64,000 bases of DNA from a virus (taxonomy: Duplodnaviria; Caudoviricetes): positions 1 to 64,000 of the IMG/VR virus record IMGVR_UViG_2895221163_000002; one strand, 5' to 3'. The notes under the pieces were generated by a model. The model did not search any database. It had not been told where the DNA came from and saw nothing but the letters and a program-made list of their open reading frames with translations. Shown one piece after another: positions 19,469 through 28,536 of the stretch. A program made the translations under genes and the position numbers. Each line of letters opens with the position of its first letter. Position 1 is the stretch's first letter.

Positions 19469-19851
19469 CCCGACACCACATCCACGGTCACGCTGTCGCT
19501 TTCAACGTGCAGCTCGAACGTGCCTTCCTGAGTGTTGATATTGATATTCTCGGTCTGCCAACCATTATCGACGGTCACGACTTTGCCGTTGGCCTGTTCG
19601 ATAATGATCGTCAGGCCGCTTGCGCCCTGGAAATCCAGCGGGTTCGTGTCACGACGGTCACGCAGGGTCATCTGAGCGAAACCCTGCGTCGGCATCTGCG
19701 AGAAACCCTCGACAGCGGACTGCCCCTTGAGGGTTTCGTTCTGCATCCCTGCCGCCTGATACTGGCACTCCCCCACGACGTTATAGACGACGCCGTTAAT
19801 GGTCGCGGTCGCGGTACCCGCAAGGGGGCCACGATATACGGATCCCGACAT
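19465..19851 (-). CDS. Tail tube protein (Mu-like)
   Basis: LAGTA, ETLKG..V.GF, ANGK, EG; follows the sheath gene. Confidence 0.87.
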   Translation of the reverse strand: MSGSVYRGPLAGTATATINGVVYNVVGECQYQAAGMQNETLKGQSAVEGFSQMPTQGFAQMTLRDRRDTNPLDFQGASGLTIIIEQANGKVVTVDNGWQTENININTQEGTFELHVESDSVTVDVVSG

Positions 19852-19860
19852 GGGCCCTCC

Positions 19861-21339
19861 TTAGGATTTTACGAACTGGACGCTGCCGGCGATGATCCGG
19901 AGCTGATTGGCGAAGTCGTACGGCATCAGCAGCTTGACGACGCCGTTGCCCGTATTCTCCGCAACGATATTGGCGGCGAATGTATCTGCATTCTGAACCC
20001 AGAGCTGTGTTGCCTGCCAGCGGTACCGCGATGCACAGGCCTTGCCGATCAGCTTCGCCGTGGTCGCTTTGGCACCAGCCGGGATCTTGGTCCCGTCAGC
20101 GACAAGGATGCACCCGCCATACTGGCTTCCGAGGAAGATCCGCATGTCTTGCATGCAGATCTCTGCCGTCAGCATGGTCTCGATATCGAGATAGCTGTTA
20201 TCCGGTAGACCCGAGGCGTTGGTCTGGTAGGTTGTCACCAGGCGCTCGATATTGACCGTGCCGCTGTCGTCGACGGTGAAGGTCGAGAGGCCATCATACA
20301 GGAGGCTGTTGCGCTGCTCTGTTGAGTAGCGGCCAGCATCGGTCGGCGGCATGACAGTCAGGGACAGTGCCGTGATCGGCAGCGCCGGATTGCTCCGCAT
20401 GCTCATCGCCGTTCGCGCTGCCACCTGAGCCGCCCAGGAAAGAGGATCAGACGGACTGTCCCCGATCGGCATGACCGTCGCGTGCTGATCATTCTGTGTC
20501 AGCCCGAAAGCTGTCGCCTGCCCGTATGTTCCACGATAGGCCGTGATGGCATGCCCGTAGAGCTGAAGCATCGGCGACCACCGACCAGCCGTATCGTTCA
20601 GCCATGCCTTCAGCGCGACCAGAGAGCCGCTATCCGTATAGGGGTGGCTGATCAGGTCATAAACGCGTTCGCCCTGTGTCGCGAGAGACGTCGCCAGCGT
20701 GGTCGGGTTCGTCTTGCCTCCGGACATCTGACCCAGAGCAACCGTCAGACCAGACGGAACCGACTGACCACCGGCAGTTCCGAGTACAGCAACTCCCAGA
20801 AGAATATCATTGCCAGACATTCCCTTGTTAATCGCAGTCAGCGTCACCGTCCCCGTTGACGAGGTCACAGATACCGGCAGAGCCGAGACGGCCGCCGCAG
20901 CGGTAGCGACACCAGAAGCGACCGTCGCGGCAGTATCACCCGCATTGACCGCGACACTGATCAGCTGATCGCCGACGTACAGCGGAAGCGTTCCCGCTTC
21001 TGTCGCGGCCCCGGAAATCGTGAATGTGCCTGTGGCAGCAGTAGCCGATGAATCATCGGTCAGCGGAAGAACCCAGATCTCACCTTGCGTGTCGATAGCC
21101 CGGTAGGCCTTGACCAAACGCGCGCACTGAGAAGCCGCGCCATATTTGCTGACCGCATCCGAATAACCGCCCGAGAGCGTGGCAACGCCAGCAACACCGC
21201 TGCCTGCGACCATCTGACCAATGATCAGCACGCGACGAGCGACAGCAGCCGTATTGGCCTTGGAGTTATCCAGAGCAAAGTAGAGACCCGGAACCCGGTT
21301 CGTGTCCGAGTAATTCGGTACCGTGATGGATCCGCTCAT
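19861..21339 (-). CDS. Tail sheath protein (Mu gpL-like)
   Basis: RVPGLY..DNS.A, HPYTD, LLYDGLST, IERLVTTYQ.N. Confidence 0.92.
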   Translation of the reverse strand: MSGSITVPNYSDTNRVPGLYFALDNSKANTAAVARRVLIIGQMVAGSGVAGVATLSGGYSDAVSKYGAASQCARLVKAYRAIDTQGEIWVLPLTDDSSATAATGTFTISGAATEAGTLPLYVGDQLISVAVNAGDTAATVASGVATAAAAVSALPVSVTSSTGTVTLTAINKGMSGNDILLGVAVLGTAGGQSVPSGLTVALGQMSGGKTNPTTLATSLATQGERVYDLISHPYTDSGSLVALKAWLNDTAGRWSPMLQLYGHAITAYRGTYGQATAFGLTQNDQHATVMPIGDSPSDPLSWAAQVAARTAMSMRSNPALPITALSLTVMPPTDAGRYSTEQRNSLLYDGLSTFTVDDSGTVNIERLVTTYQTNASGLPDNSYLDIETMLTAEICMQDMRIFLGSQYGGCILVADGTKIPAGAKATTAKLIGKACASRYRWQATQLWVQNADTFAANIVAENTGNGVVKLLMPYDFANQLRIIAGSVQFVKS

Positions 21340-21551
21340 GCCGCGGGTTCCTTTTCGGGCTCAGGGATTGCAGGAGACGCAGCCACTTCCGGCGCGGCGG
21401 GGGAGGCCTGCTCTTTGACCTCTTCGATATCGCCGTGCTTCAGGGCGAGAAGCCAGAAAGAGGTTTCAGGCACTTTCTCACCATCCGACTTGAGCAGCCG
21501 CATGGATCCGGGCCAGCGCACCGCTCGCCCGTCAGCAGGTTTTACAAACAT
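21336..21551 (-). CDS. Mu gp38/DUF2635-like protein
   Basis: MFVKPADGRAVRWP..FW..L.HGDI. Confidence 0.8.
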   Translation of the reverse strand: MFVKPADGRAVRWPGSMRLLKSDGEKVPETSFWLLALKHGDIEEVKEQASPAAPEVAASPAIPEPEKEPAA

Positions 21552-21559
21552 GGATTCCC

Positions 21560-22081
21560 CTATTCGGACGGAAACTTAACCGTCATGCCCGCGAATACGG
21601 GCTGGTCTGCCGTCCTGAGAGTTGCATCAATTTCGGTGAGCGGTACGCCATCAGGCGGGTAGGTCTCGATATACTGGAAACCGAGGATCATCTTGAACTC
21701 GCCGATGTGCGCGTTTCCCTCGCTGCTGATTTCCGTCGCGGTGGAAAATTCGGAAACCTGACTGATTGCGGCCTGCAGAGGCACATCCCGCATCAGAGCG
21801 AGTTCGATTTCTTCAGCGAACCTGTCGAGTAAAGCTTCGACTTTCGAAGGCGTCCCCGCTGAAACGTATCCCCTGATTCCCATCGTGGACGTACGTTCGA
21901 ACTGGACTTGGGCAGGACCCGGGCTTTCCCCACGATCCTCATAAATCTGCAGGTATAATGCTGGGAGGTTCCGCTCCCCGATTGGCAAAGACCGGCCTAC
22001 GAAGACATTCTCACCAGCCATTGTGCCGGCACACTTGAGCGCCGAGACCGCGAGATCACGGATAATCACCCGGTAGAGCAT
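21560..22081 (-). CDS. Tail terminator/completion protein
   Basis: Position; NVF.GR..P...LPAL motif. Confidence 0.7.
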   Translation of the reverse strand: MLYRVIIRDLAVSALKCAGTMAGENVFVGRSLPIGERNLPALYLQIYEDRGESPGPAQVQFERTSTMGIRGYVSAGTPSKVEALLDRFAEEIELALMRDVPLQAAISQVSEFSTATEISSEGNAHIGEFKMILGFQYIETYPPDGVPLTEIDATLRTADQPVFAGMTVKFPSE

Positions 22082-22421
22082 CGTTTTCTCCGGTCGCATC
22101 ATTCAGAATGAGCAGAGCCCCTCCTCGCCCGTCAGGCTGTACCTCATGAATGCGATACATTTTGCCGCGCATCTCGATCAGGTCCCCCTGATCAGGCTCA
22201 ACTGCCAGCGCGCTCAACTGAATCCCGAGAACCGGACGGGATGTCGTGACGTGAACACCACCCATCCCATCATCCCCACCAAGCGGATCCAGAGGATAAT
22301 AAGCGTCATCGTATACGCCCGTCATCGCTACCCAATCGCCCAGGCGGCCGGACTGCCACCTTGCAGACTCTGCAAAAGTCGTCATGCAGGGCCCAAGCGC
22401 CAGCTTGTCGAAATCAATCAT
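22056..22421 (-). CDS. Head-tail joining protein (gpFII-like)
   Basis: P.QGD, Y.I.EVQPDG.G..L.L; position. Confidence 0.75.
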   Translation of the reverse strand: MIDFDKLALGPCMTTFAESARWQSGRLGDWVAMTGVYDDAYYPLDPLGGDDGMGGVHVTTSRPVLGIQLSALAVEPDQGDLIEMRGKMYRIHEVQPDGRGGALLILNDATGENDALPGDYP

Positions 22422-22445
22422 TGATGGCCCTGCTTTCAAGATGAA

Positions 22446-22760
22446 TCAGGCCACGACAGGCGGTTTTGGTGGGGGAGGATCAATAGGAGGCGGCATGGCC
22501 TTACCCCCCGAAACAGGGTCGCCCAGATCCTTGTCGCCCTCGTTTTCCTCATCCTGATCATCAGGATCGAGATCAGGGCCTGTCATGTCTTCGTCCGTCG
22601 TCGGCATGCGTGCCGGCAGACAGTGTCCACAAGCCACCATCTGTCGGGCTTCTTTCGCGGCGAGCACGACAATGTCCCCCTCCTCGAGGAGTTCACCGTC
22701 ATGCCGAAAACGGCGCCCAGAGGCGACTTCAACTGCGAGTTTGCGATCTTTCCGGGCCAT
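22446..22760 (-). CDS. Hypothetical head protein
   Basis: ORF following the capsid gene. Confidence 0.6.
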   Translation of the reverse strand: MARKDRKLAVEVASGRRFRHDGELLEEGDIVVLAAKEARQMVACGHCLPARMPTTDEDMTGPDLDPDDQDEENEGDKDLGDPVSGGKAMPPPIDPPPPKPPVVA

Positions 22761-22762
22761 GA

Positions 22763-23842
22763 TCAGGTCGCCGCGCTGGTGACAGTGGCTGCCAGACAGG
22801 CATTAACCCGGCTGGGGATAACGAGCGGCGCAGACTGCATCATCAGGAAACGCTGAGCCGGGTCTTCCTGCATCCAGGACTTCGGCGCATAGGCTGTCGC
22901 CACATAACCCAGAGCAGGATCCTTGATGGCGCCATAAGCGCGGCTTCCGTTGAGCTGGTCAGAAACAGCCAGAACAGTCCCATCCGGGATCATCGGCAGT
23001 TCCTTATTGTCGTCGTCGACGTACCAGTCGTTATACAGCCAGACGCGATAGGTGCCCCAGTATCCCATCAGGACTGCACCAGGAGCGGCTACAGGCCCCT
23101 GCATGAGACGGGTGTCGTCGTTGGCGCGTACCGCCGAGTTCAGGATGGCGTTCTTGACCTCATCATCCTTGATGAGGGCGTTGTAAGGCGAATTGGTGAA
23201 GATCAGGTCGGTAATCTGGGCTCCACTGGCCTTCAGCATCTGAACCGACCACTCCCGGACGCTGTTCGTCGGGTTGGCTACGGTGCCCGCAGCGTCCCAC
23301 AGGCTTGTGCCAGTTTCGACGATTGTCAGGCTCGGGTCGCGCTGGAAATCGATGGTCGAGGTCGGGAAACCATCTCCCGAGACCGTCAGCTTGCCCGTAA
23401 CGAGCGCCTGGGCTGCCATCCATTCCTGACGACGCTTGAGCATGTCGACCTGATCGGCCAGCTCGAAGACCAGATTGGCCTCCATACGCTCGCCAGCCGT
23501 CAGGGGAGCGCCGCCGTTGATCAGCTCACCGCCCGCGATGCGCTCGCCAAGCATACGGCGGACGGGACGCATCAGATCCGGAGCGCGCTTGTCCTTGATG
23601 TAAGGCGGCTCGAAGACGTTCGTCTGGATACGACGTGCTTCGACAAGTCTGCCCTCTACGAGCGGACTGACGAACGGCGACATCCGGCGCTTGCCGACGT
23701 CGACATCGATCGACACGTACTGAGTGTCGCTTTCCACGATGTTCGGAAAGAAACCGTCCAGCAGAAAGGTCTGGGCCACCTTGAGGTTGGCAACAACCTG
23801 AATCAGGACGTTTGTGTCAAAGATGGAGATCGCTTGAGTCAC
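22763..23842 (-). CDS. Major capsid protein (lambda gpE family)
   Basis: FLLD.FF, SPFVSP, F.PPYIK.K, RR.EWMAAQAL, MQSAPL. Confidence 0.93.
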   Translation of the reverse strand: MTQAISIFDTNVLIQVVANLKVAQTFLLDGFFPNIVESDTQYVSIDVDVGKRRMSPFVSPLVEGRLVEARRIQTNVFEPPYIKDKRAPDLMRPVRRMLGERIAGGELINGGAPLTAGERMEANLVFELADQVDMLKRRQEWMAAQALVTGKLTVSGDGFPTSTIDFQRDPSLTIVETGTSLWDAAGTVANPTNSVREWSVQMLKASGAQITDLIFTNSPYNALIKDDEVKNAILNSAVRANDDTRLMQGPVAAPGAVLMGYWGTYRVWLYNDWYVDDDNKELPMIPDGTVLAVSDQLNGSRAYGAIKDPALGYVATAYAPKSWMQEDPAQRFLMMQSAPLVIPSRVNACLAATVTSAAT

Positions 23843-23853
23843 AACGCTATTCC

Positions 23854-24276
23854 TCAGGTCGGGTCAGCCGCGCTTACGGCAGACTTCAGGTAGATGTTGT
23901 TCGGGCGGAAGGCGGCTTTCAGGGTGGCAGCTGCCCAGCCGGTACCCATGGTGACGGCGTTTTCATTGAACTCGCCTGTCAGATAGACACCCGCCCCGAC
24001 AACGTCTCCGGCGGTCGTGTCATAGGTGTCGGCCAGGATCACCACCGGGGCCTGACTGCCATCGGTGGCTGCCGATGCGGACGGAATATACTTGCCGGAG
24101 GCCGTCACGAGCCCAAGGGCTGTTCCACGCGCCACAATGCCATTTCCGCCCGCAAGTGTGACGTTGTCGGTGACCCGAGGGTAGACGCCGGCGATCAGCT
24201 GATCGGGCTGATACGTGGCATCGAACATGGCTGGCGTCTGGGGATAGATGCCGTTTACGGAGTTGGTATCACTCAT
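23854..24276 (-). CDS. Head decoration protein (gpD-like)
   Basis: PDQLIAG, RGT.LG, DGSQ.P..IL, Y..GEFN. Confidence 0.87.
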   Translation of the reverse strand: MSDTNSVNGIYPQTPAMFDATYQPDQLIAGVYPRVTDNVTLAGGNGIVARGTALGLVTASGKYIPSASAATDGSQAPVVILADTYDTTAGDVVGAGVYLTGEFNENAVTMGTGWAAATLKAAFRPNNIYLKSAVSAADPT

Positions 24277-24281
24277 GATGC

Positions 24282-24977
24282 TTACTTCCTGAAGGCGCGA
24301 GCGCGTTCGACCATACGGGCCGCGACGGATCTCGGTGATGACGGATCAGGGCGCCCCTGCCGCTCTTCCTGCGCAGGGATTGGGGCGCGGCGAGAGCGCG
24401 ACATGCGCTGATCGAGGGCGCTGATTGCGGAAGATTGATTCTCTTCCTCAAATTCTGCCTCGACCGCAGACGCCTTTGCTGGCGCACGAACACCAGACGC
24501 CATCGATCCATTCAGAATGCTGATGGCCTTGCTGCGCGGCAGATTTGTCGTGAAGGCCAGCTCCGCCGCGAGCGCAGGGTTTGCGGCAGCACCAGGCGCG
24601 GAGAAGATTGCCGCTCCACGGCCACGCTCACGGGCGCGGGCAGAGGCCTTCTCCCCGTCGTCTTCATCCTCTTCGTCGGAAGCATCATCGCCCTCTTCTT
24701 CAGCGACCTCATCGTCCTGTCCGTCCGAATCCTCGTCGCCGTCATCATCGGCGCGACCCGCCTTCTTGGCCTTTTTGGCTTTCTTGGACTTGTCAGCGCG
24801 ACGCGCCTTACGGTTCTTGGGCTTCTCGTCTTCACCCTCGTCCTCACCGCCCTCGTTTTCAGACGAGTTGGCGTTGTGATCATCGGTGTTGTTCTCATCG
24901 TCTTCCGCAGCCCGTGCGGGCGCGCGGAAAAGGTGGGCAAACCGGGAAGGCTTGGCCATAGACTGTCTCCCAGACAT
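24282..24977 (-). CDS. Acidic, low-complexity protein, probable scaffold (Nu3-like)
   Basis: D/E/K-rich; ERGR..AIF..P.A..A..LA motif; between protease and gpD. Confidence 0.65.
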   Translation of the reverse strand: MSGRQSMAKPSRFAHLFRAPARAAEDDENNTDDHNANSSENEGGEDEGEDEKPKNRKARRADKSKKAKKAKKAGRADDDGDEDSDGQDDEVAEEEGDDASDEEDEDDGEKASARARERGRGAAIFSAPGAAANPALAAELAFTTNLPRSKAISILNGSMASGVRAPAKASAVEAEFEEENQSSAISALDQRMSRSRRAPIPAQEERQGRPDPSSPRSVAARMVERARAFRK

Positions 24978-25010
24978 GAAAAAGGCCCCAGAGGGGCCGG
25001 TTTTTGAAGT

Positions 25011-25808
25011 TCAGAGCTTGAGAAAGGCGGCTATGGCCTCTTCCGGCGTGGCGATCTCGTCTGCCAGGCCGATCTCCACCCCATGCCGCCCCAAATAGGT
25101 ACCGGCCTGGGTATTTCTCACCACGTCCGCTTCAATCCCGCGATTACGCGCGACTGTCTGCACAAAGAAATCGCCCATTTCATCGATTTCTGCCTGCGCC
25201 CGCTCACGAGCAGGATCCGTCATCGGCGTGGTTGGATAACCATCAGTCTTTCGGGCGCCGTACTGGAATGTCGTCACCTTGATGCCAGCCTTGTCCAGCG
25301 CATCCGTGATGTCGACATGCATGCCGACGCAACCGATCGATCCGGTTCCACCCATCTGCGGAACCGTGATGAAATCAGCTGCTGAAGCGACGGCATAGGC
25401 CGCCGAGAAGGCTGCATCATTCAGGATCGCCCAGATCGGCTTTTCCCCCCGCGCCCGATAAATCATCTCGGCAGTATCAAAGCATTCACTTACGGTCCCG
25501 CCTGGAGAATTCACCATCAGTGCAATCCGGCTGACGGATGCGTCGTCAAGCGCCGCATTCAGGGCTTTTCGGATGTCCTGATAATATGTTGCCCCAGACC
25601 AGCTCCATCCGGTTCCCGGAAGAAGAATTCCGGAGACCGGGATCAGAGCGACGCCCTGCACGACTTCATATGACTGGGCCTCAGTGTCACGCTCACCAAA
25701 GAAGGCCTCAGCCCCCGCTCCGGCCTCAAACGACCGCTTCAGCAATGCTGATCGAGCGTTCGACAGCATCAGTGGCCGATTCAGGAAAAGAGATGCGGCC
25801 TGTGTCAT
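25011..25808 (-). CDS. S49 family head maturation protease (gpC-like)
   Basis: NSPGG, AFSAAYAVAS, GSIG. Confidence 0.9.
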   Translation of the reverse strand: MTQAASLFLNRPLMLSNARSALLKRSFEAGAGAEAFFGERDTEAQSYEVVQGVALIPVSGILLPGTGWSWSGATYYQDIRKALNAALDDASVSRIALMVNSPGGTVSECFDTAEMIYRARGEKPIWAILNDAAFSAAYAVASAADFITVPQMGGTGSIGCVGMHVDITDALDKAGIKVTTFQYGARKTDGYPTTPMTDPARERAQAEIDEMGDFFVQTVARNRGIEADVVRNTQAGTYLGRHGVEIGLADEIATPEEAIAAFLKL

Positions 25809-27493
25809 TTCGCGTCCTCCTCCTTTGGTTGAGCGGCATCCTCTGCCGCAACACCGCTGAGCGCCCATTCCGGAGGTGTGAGCCCCAGTTCCCTGAAACG
25901 ATTGACCTCGACAGCACGTTGATCGACCTTTTCTTCCCAGTCCGCCCCACTGTTCTCGGCGATCTCGTCCTCGAGCGTTGTCAGGCCGGCATCGATGCCC
26001 ATGATCGAACCTTTCCGTTCGGCCACAGGATCGATCCAGCCACGTCCGGGTCCAAGCCAGTTACACCGTGAAAGCGGCGTTCGCAGGCGGGGGAAATACT
26101 TGGCCAGAAACCCGCGCGGCGCACCTGCCGGCAATGGCAGTTCGTCATAAAGAGCTACGCATTCTTCAAGCCATGCGGTTCGCATGGGAGAAGCGTAGCC
26201 CTGAGCGAAGTTCTTTCGCCGACGATCCATCGTCTTCCATGCCTCGAGCATGGCCGCACGAGCAGAAGAATAGTTCACGTCTGACCAGTTATTACTGACC
26301 TGCATGGACGAGACCCCCGCGCCGGAGGCAACATTCCGCAAAACGGCGCTCTCGAACGCTGCAAAGTTGGAATTCGGCCGCGCTGCATCAACAGTGTTGA
26401 TCTTCTCGCCCGGAGCCAACATTGGCATGCGAACCCCACCCAGCATGACCCGGTTTTCATCATGGAACGCCGTCCGGACGTCCTGATAAGCCATGACACC
26501 GTCACCCCCACCCGCACCCAGAGCGTCTGCCACCATCTCCTGATCGTAAGGAGATTCGACGTACGCCCCGAAAATGGAATTGACGATCGCGGCGTCCAGT
26601 TCTGTTCCATCATACTTGATGAGCATCTTCAGCCGTTGAACGACTGGGGCGAGAATTCCCGCTCCGCCGCGATGCTGGCCTGCACGCTCAGTCTGGAAAT
26701 GGTGCACCATACTTGCGCGGCCCCATTCGGTCTCACGCTCGATATAATCCCATTCCTGCGTTTCTGCCGCCGAGAACCAGTCTCCCTGATGAGCCCGCCG
26801 AATATGGTATCCGAGTGGTGCACCCCATTCGTCGATCTGGACGCCGCCGCGGCAGTATTTCAGATCCCAGTTATTCTGGGGGACAGACAGTCTGTCCGGA
26901 TCGATCAGGTTGAAACAGGTTGCATATTCGGCCCGCCCTTCCCCGATCCGCTCTGGAAGCCAGCAGACTTGGGCAAGGCTGTCGCCATCCACCAGGTCGT
27001 GCCGCAAGCCTGTCCAGCACATTTGCGTAAAGCTGAGCCTGCGGCCGACATCGCAATATCGATTTTCGTCTTCAGCGAACCCCCGCCAGTGGCTGTCGAC
27101 AGCCCTCCCCCATTCGTCCGCCCATACCGCATCGAATGACAGGCCGGTCTTCACGCGCAATGCACGATAGTCTGGCTTGCTGATTGCGCGAAAGGAGCCG
27201 CCGATTGCGTTGTCCAGAACACGGGTGATTGTGCCCGAAGCCCAGCCATCGTTTCGAACCAGGTCCCTGATGCGGGAGACGATTCGGTCGCGATAGACAT
27301 TCAGCTCAACGTCCGGCGACCACAGCAGCGGATTCCAGGCCTCCATGTGAGGCCCGGTGATGTCCGCGGCATCATAAGGGGTCTGCCCCCAACCACCCGC
27401 CAGTCCCATCGCGCGACGACGACGTGGCAGCGCAGGCGTCCGGGGCATCCCTTTTCCATCAGGCCCGAGAATGACTGCGCTGCGATCTGTCAT
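25805..27493 (-). CDS. Portal protein (lambda gpB family)
   Basis: RDLVRNDGWA, GQHRG, NYSSARA, GRGWIDP. Confidence 0.93.
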   Translation of the reverse strand: MTDRSAVILGPDGKGMPRTPALPRRRRAMGLAGGWGQTPYDAADITGPHMEAWNPLLWSPDVELNVYRDRIVSRIRDLVRNDGWASGTITRVLDNAIGGSFRAISKPDYRALRVKTGLSFDAVWADEWGRAVDSHWRGFAEDENRYCDVGRRLSFTQMCWTGLRHDLVDGDSLAQVCWLPERIGEGRAEYATCFNLIDPDRLSVPQNNWDLKYCRGGVQIDEWGAPLGYHIRRAHQGDWFSAAETQEWDYIERETEWGRASMVHHFQTERAGQHRGGAGILAPVVQRLKMLIKYDGTELDAAIVNSIFGAYVESPYDQEMVADALGAGGGDGVMAYQDVRTAFHDENRVMLGGVRMPMLAPGEKINTVDAARPNSNFAAFESAVLRNVASGAGVSSMQVSNNWSDVNYSSARAAMLEAWKTMDRRRKNFAQGYASPMRTAWLEECVALYDELPLPAGAPRGFLAKYFPRLRTPLSRCNWLGPGRGWIDPVAERKGSIMGIDAGLTTLEDEIAENSGADWEEKVDQRAVEVNRFRELGLTPPEWALSGVAAEDAAQPKEEDAK

Positions 27494-27777
27494 CGGAATA
27501 CAAACCTTACTGGACGCCTGCGAGAGATCCCCAGCTGCTTCTGAAGGAGCTGGATATACTGAAGAAGGTCCGTCTTATTGGCTGCGGTATAGGTGACGGA
27601 TCGGGACCCGTTTACCTGCGAGTACGAGACCGCAACCGGCTTTCCGCCGATCATCAGGTCGTTATAGGCCTGTTGTGCTGCAGCCAGATTGGCCTGAAGC
27701 TGCGCTGTCGTGACCCCAGACATGCTGGTTTGGGGAGGCCTGCGGACATACTGCCCGCGTCCGGTAAGGGATGTCAT
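27490..27777 (-). CDS. Head-tail joining protein (gpW-like)
   Basis: AY.DLM.G.., SV.YT.A...L..YI..L..QLG..RRRP. Confidence 0.85.
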   Translation of the reverse strand: MTSLTGRGQYVRRPPQTSMSGVTTAQLQANLAAAQQAYNDLMIGGKPVAVSYSQVNGSRSVTYTAANKTDLLQYIQLLQKQLGISRRRPVRFVFR

Positions 27778-28526
27778 CGCAAACCTCTTCTGCGGAAAAC
27801 TTTGATGATCTCTTCATTGACGACCCGGTCCTGACGGCGCGCGATTGTCTCATTCACGATCTGCTCTACTGGCAGACGCGCCTTGTAGTGAGGCTGTGAC
27901 ACGAACCGGAGAATTTCTCCGATCTTACCCGGCCCAATCAGCTTGAAAATCCCACGCGGACGTCGGTTTCCGCGCTCGTAACCCACAAAGAATTCGCTGT
28001 GCGATCCGCGAGCATTTTTGAGCTGTTTTGCAATCCGTCGCGCCGTCCGGTCGCCCATGTTTGATGTCGGGTCAAGCATGAGGTTCAGACGACTCAGGAT
28101 CTGGATGATGATGCCCCGCTTGATGTTTCCGTTTTCGTCCAGCGGACAGTCTTTTCCTGGAACAACATATTGACCGCCCGATACCGTTCGAAGCGCCTTT
28201 TCAAACCGTTTCATGTCGCGCTCGCCGCCATGGATCTGTGGCCCAAGATAAGTAATCGCAGGCGTCCCGCGCCGCGCAAAATCCCGGGTCGCCACCCAGG
28301 CTTCCAGATTTTTCCCGGTCGCAGGCCTCGTAAAGAACCCGTTCAGCGTGAAGGCATTGGGCCGGTCAAAAACCTCTTTCATCCGGTCAACGACCTTCAT
28401 ACGGGCTCCAGTAGCCAAGCGGTTCAGTGCAGAAGCTGCAGCCTTGGGAATTTCGTTTTCTGCCAAGGCGCTCAGATCTCTCTGGAGCGCCTTGGCATCG
28501 AGGCCGACTTTAAGATCCATCGGCAT
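27774..28526 (-). CDS. Basic phage protein (gpZ/minor tail-like)
   Basis: A.A.ALNR.A..FDRP..FT motif; YL.PQ.HGG.R. Confidence 0.6.
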   Translation of the reverse strand: MPMDLKVGLDAKALQRDLSALAENEIPKAAASALNRLATGARMKVVDRMKEVFDRPNAFTLNGFFTRPATGKNLEAWVATRDFARRGTPAITYLGPQIHGGERDMKRFEKALRTVSGGQYVVPGKDCPLDENGNIKRGIIIQILSRLNLMLDPTSNMGDRTARRIAKQLKNARGSHSEFFVGYERGNRRPRGIFKLIGPGKIGEILRFVSQPHYKARLPVEQIVNETIARRQDRVVNEEIIKVFRRRGLR

Positions 28527-28536
28527 CTTGAATTTC

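Noticed and set aside
10593-21551. Tailocin or extracellular contractile injection system
   Set aside because: Contiguous with complete head, terminase and replication modules, so it is an ordinary myovirus tail
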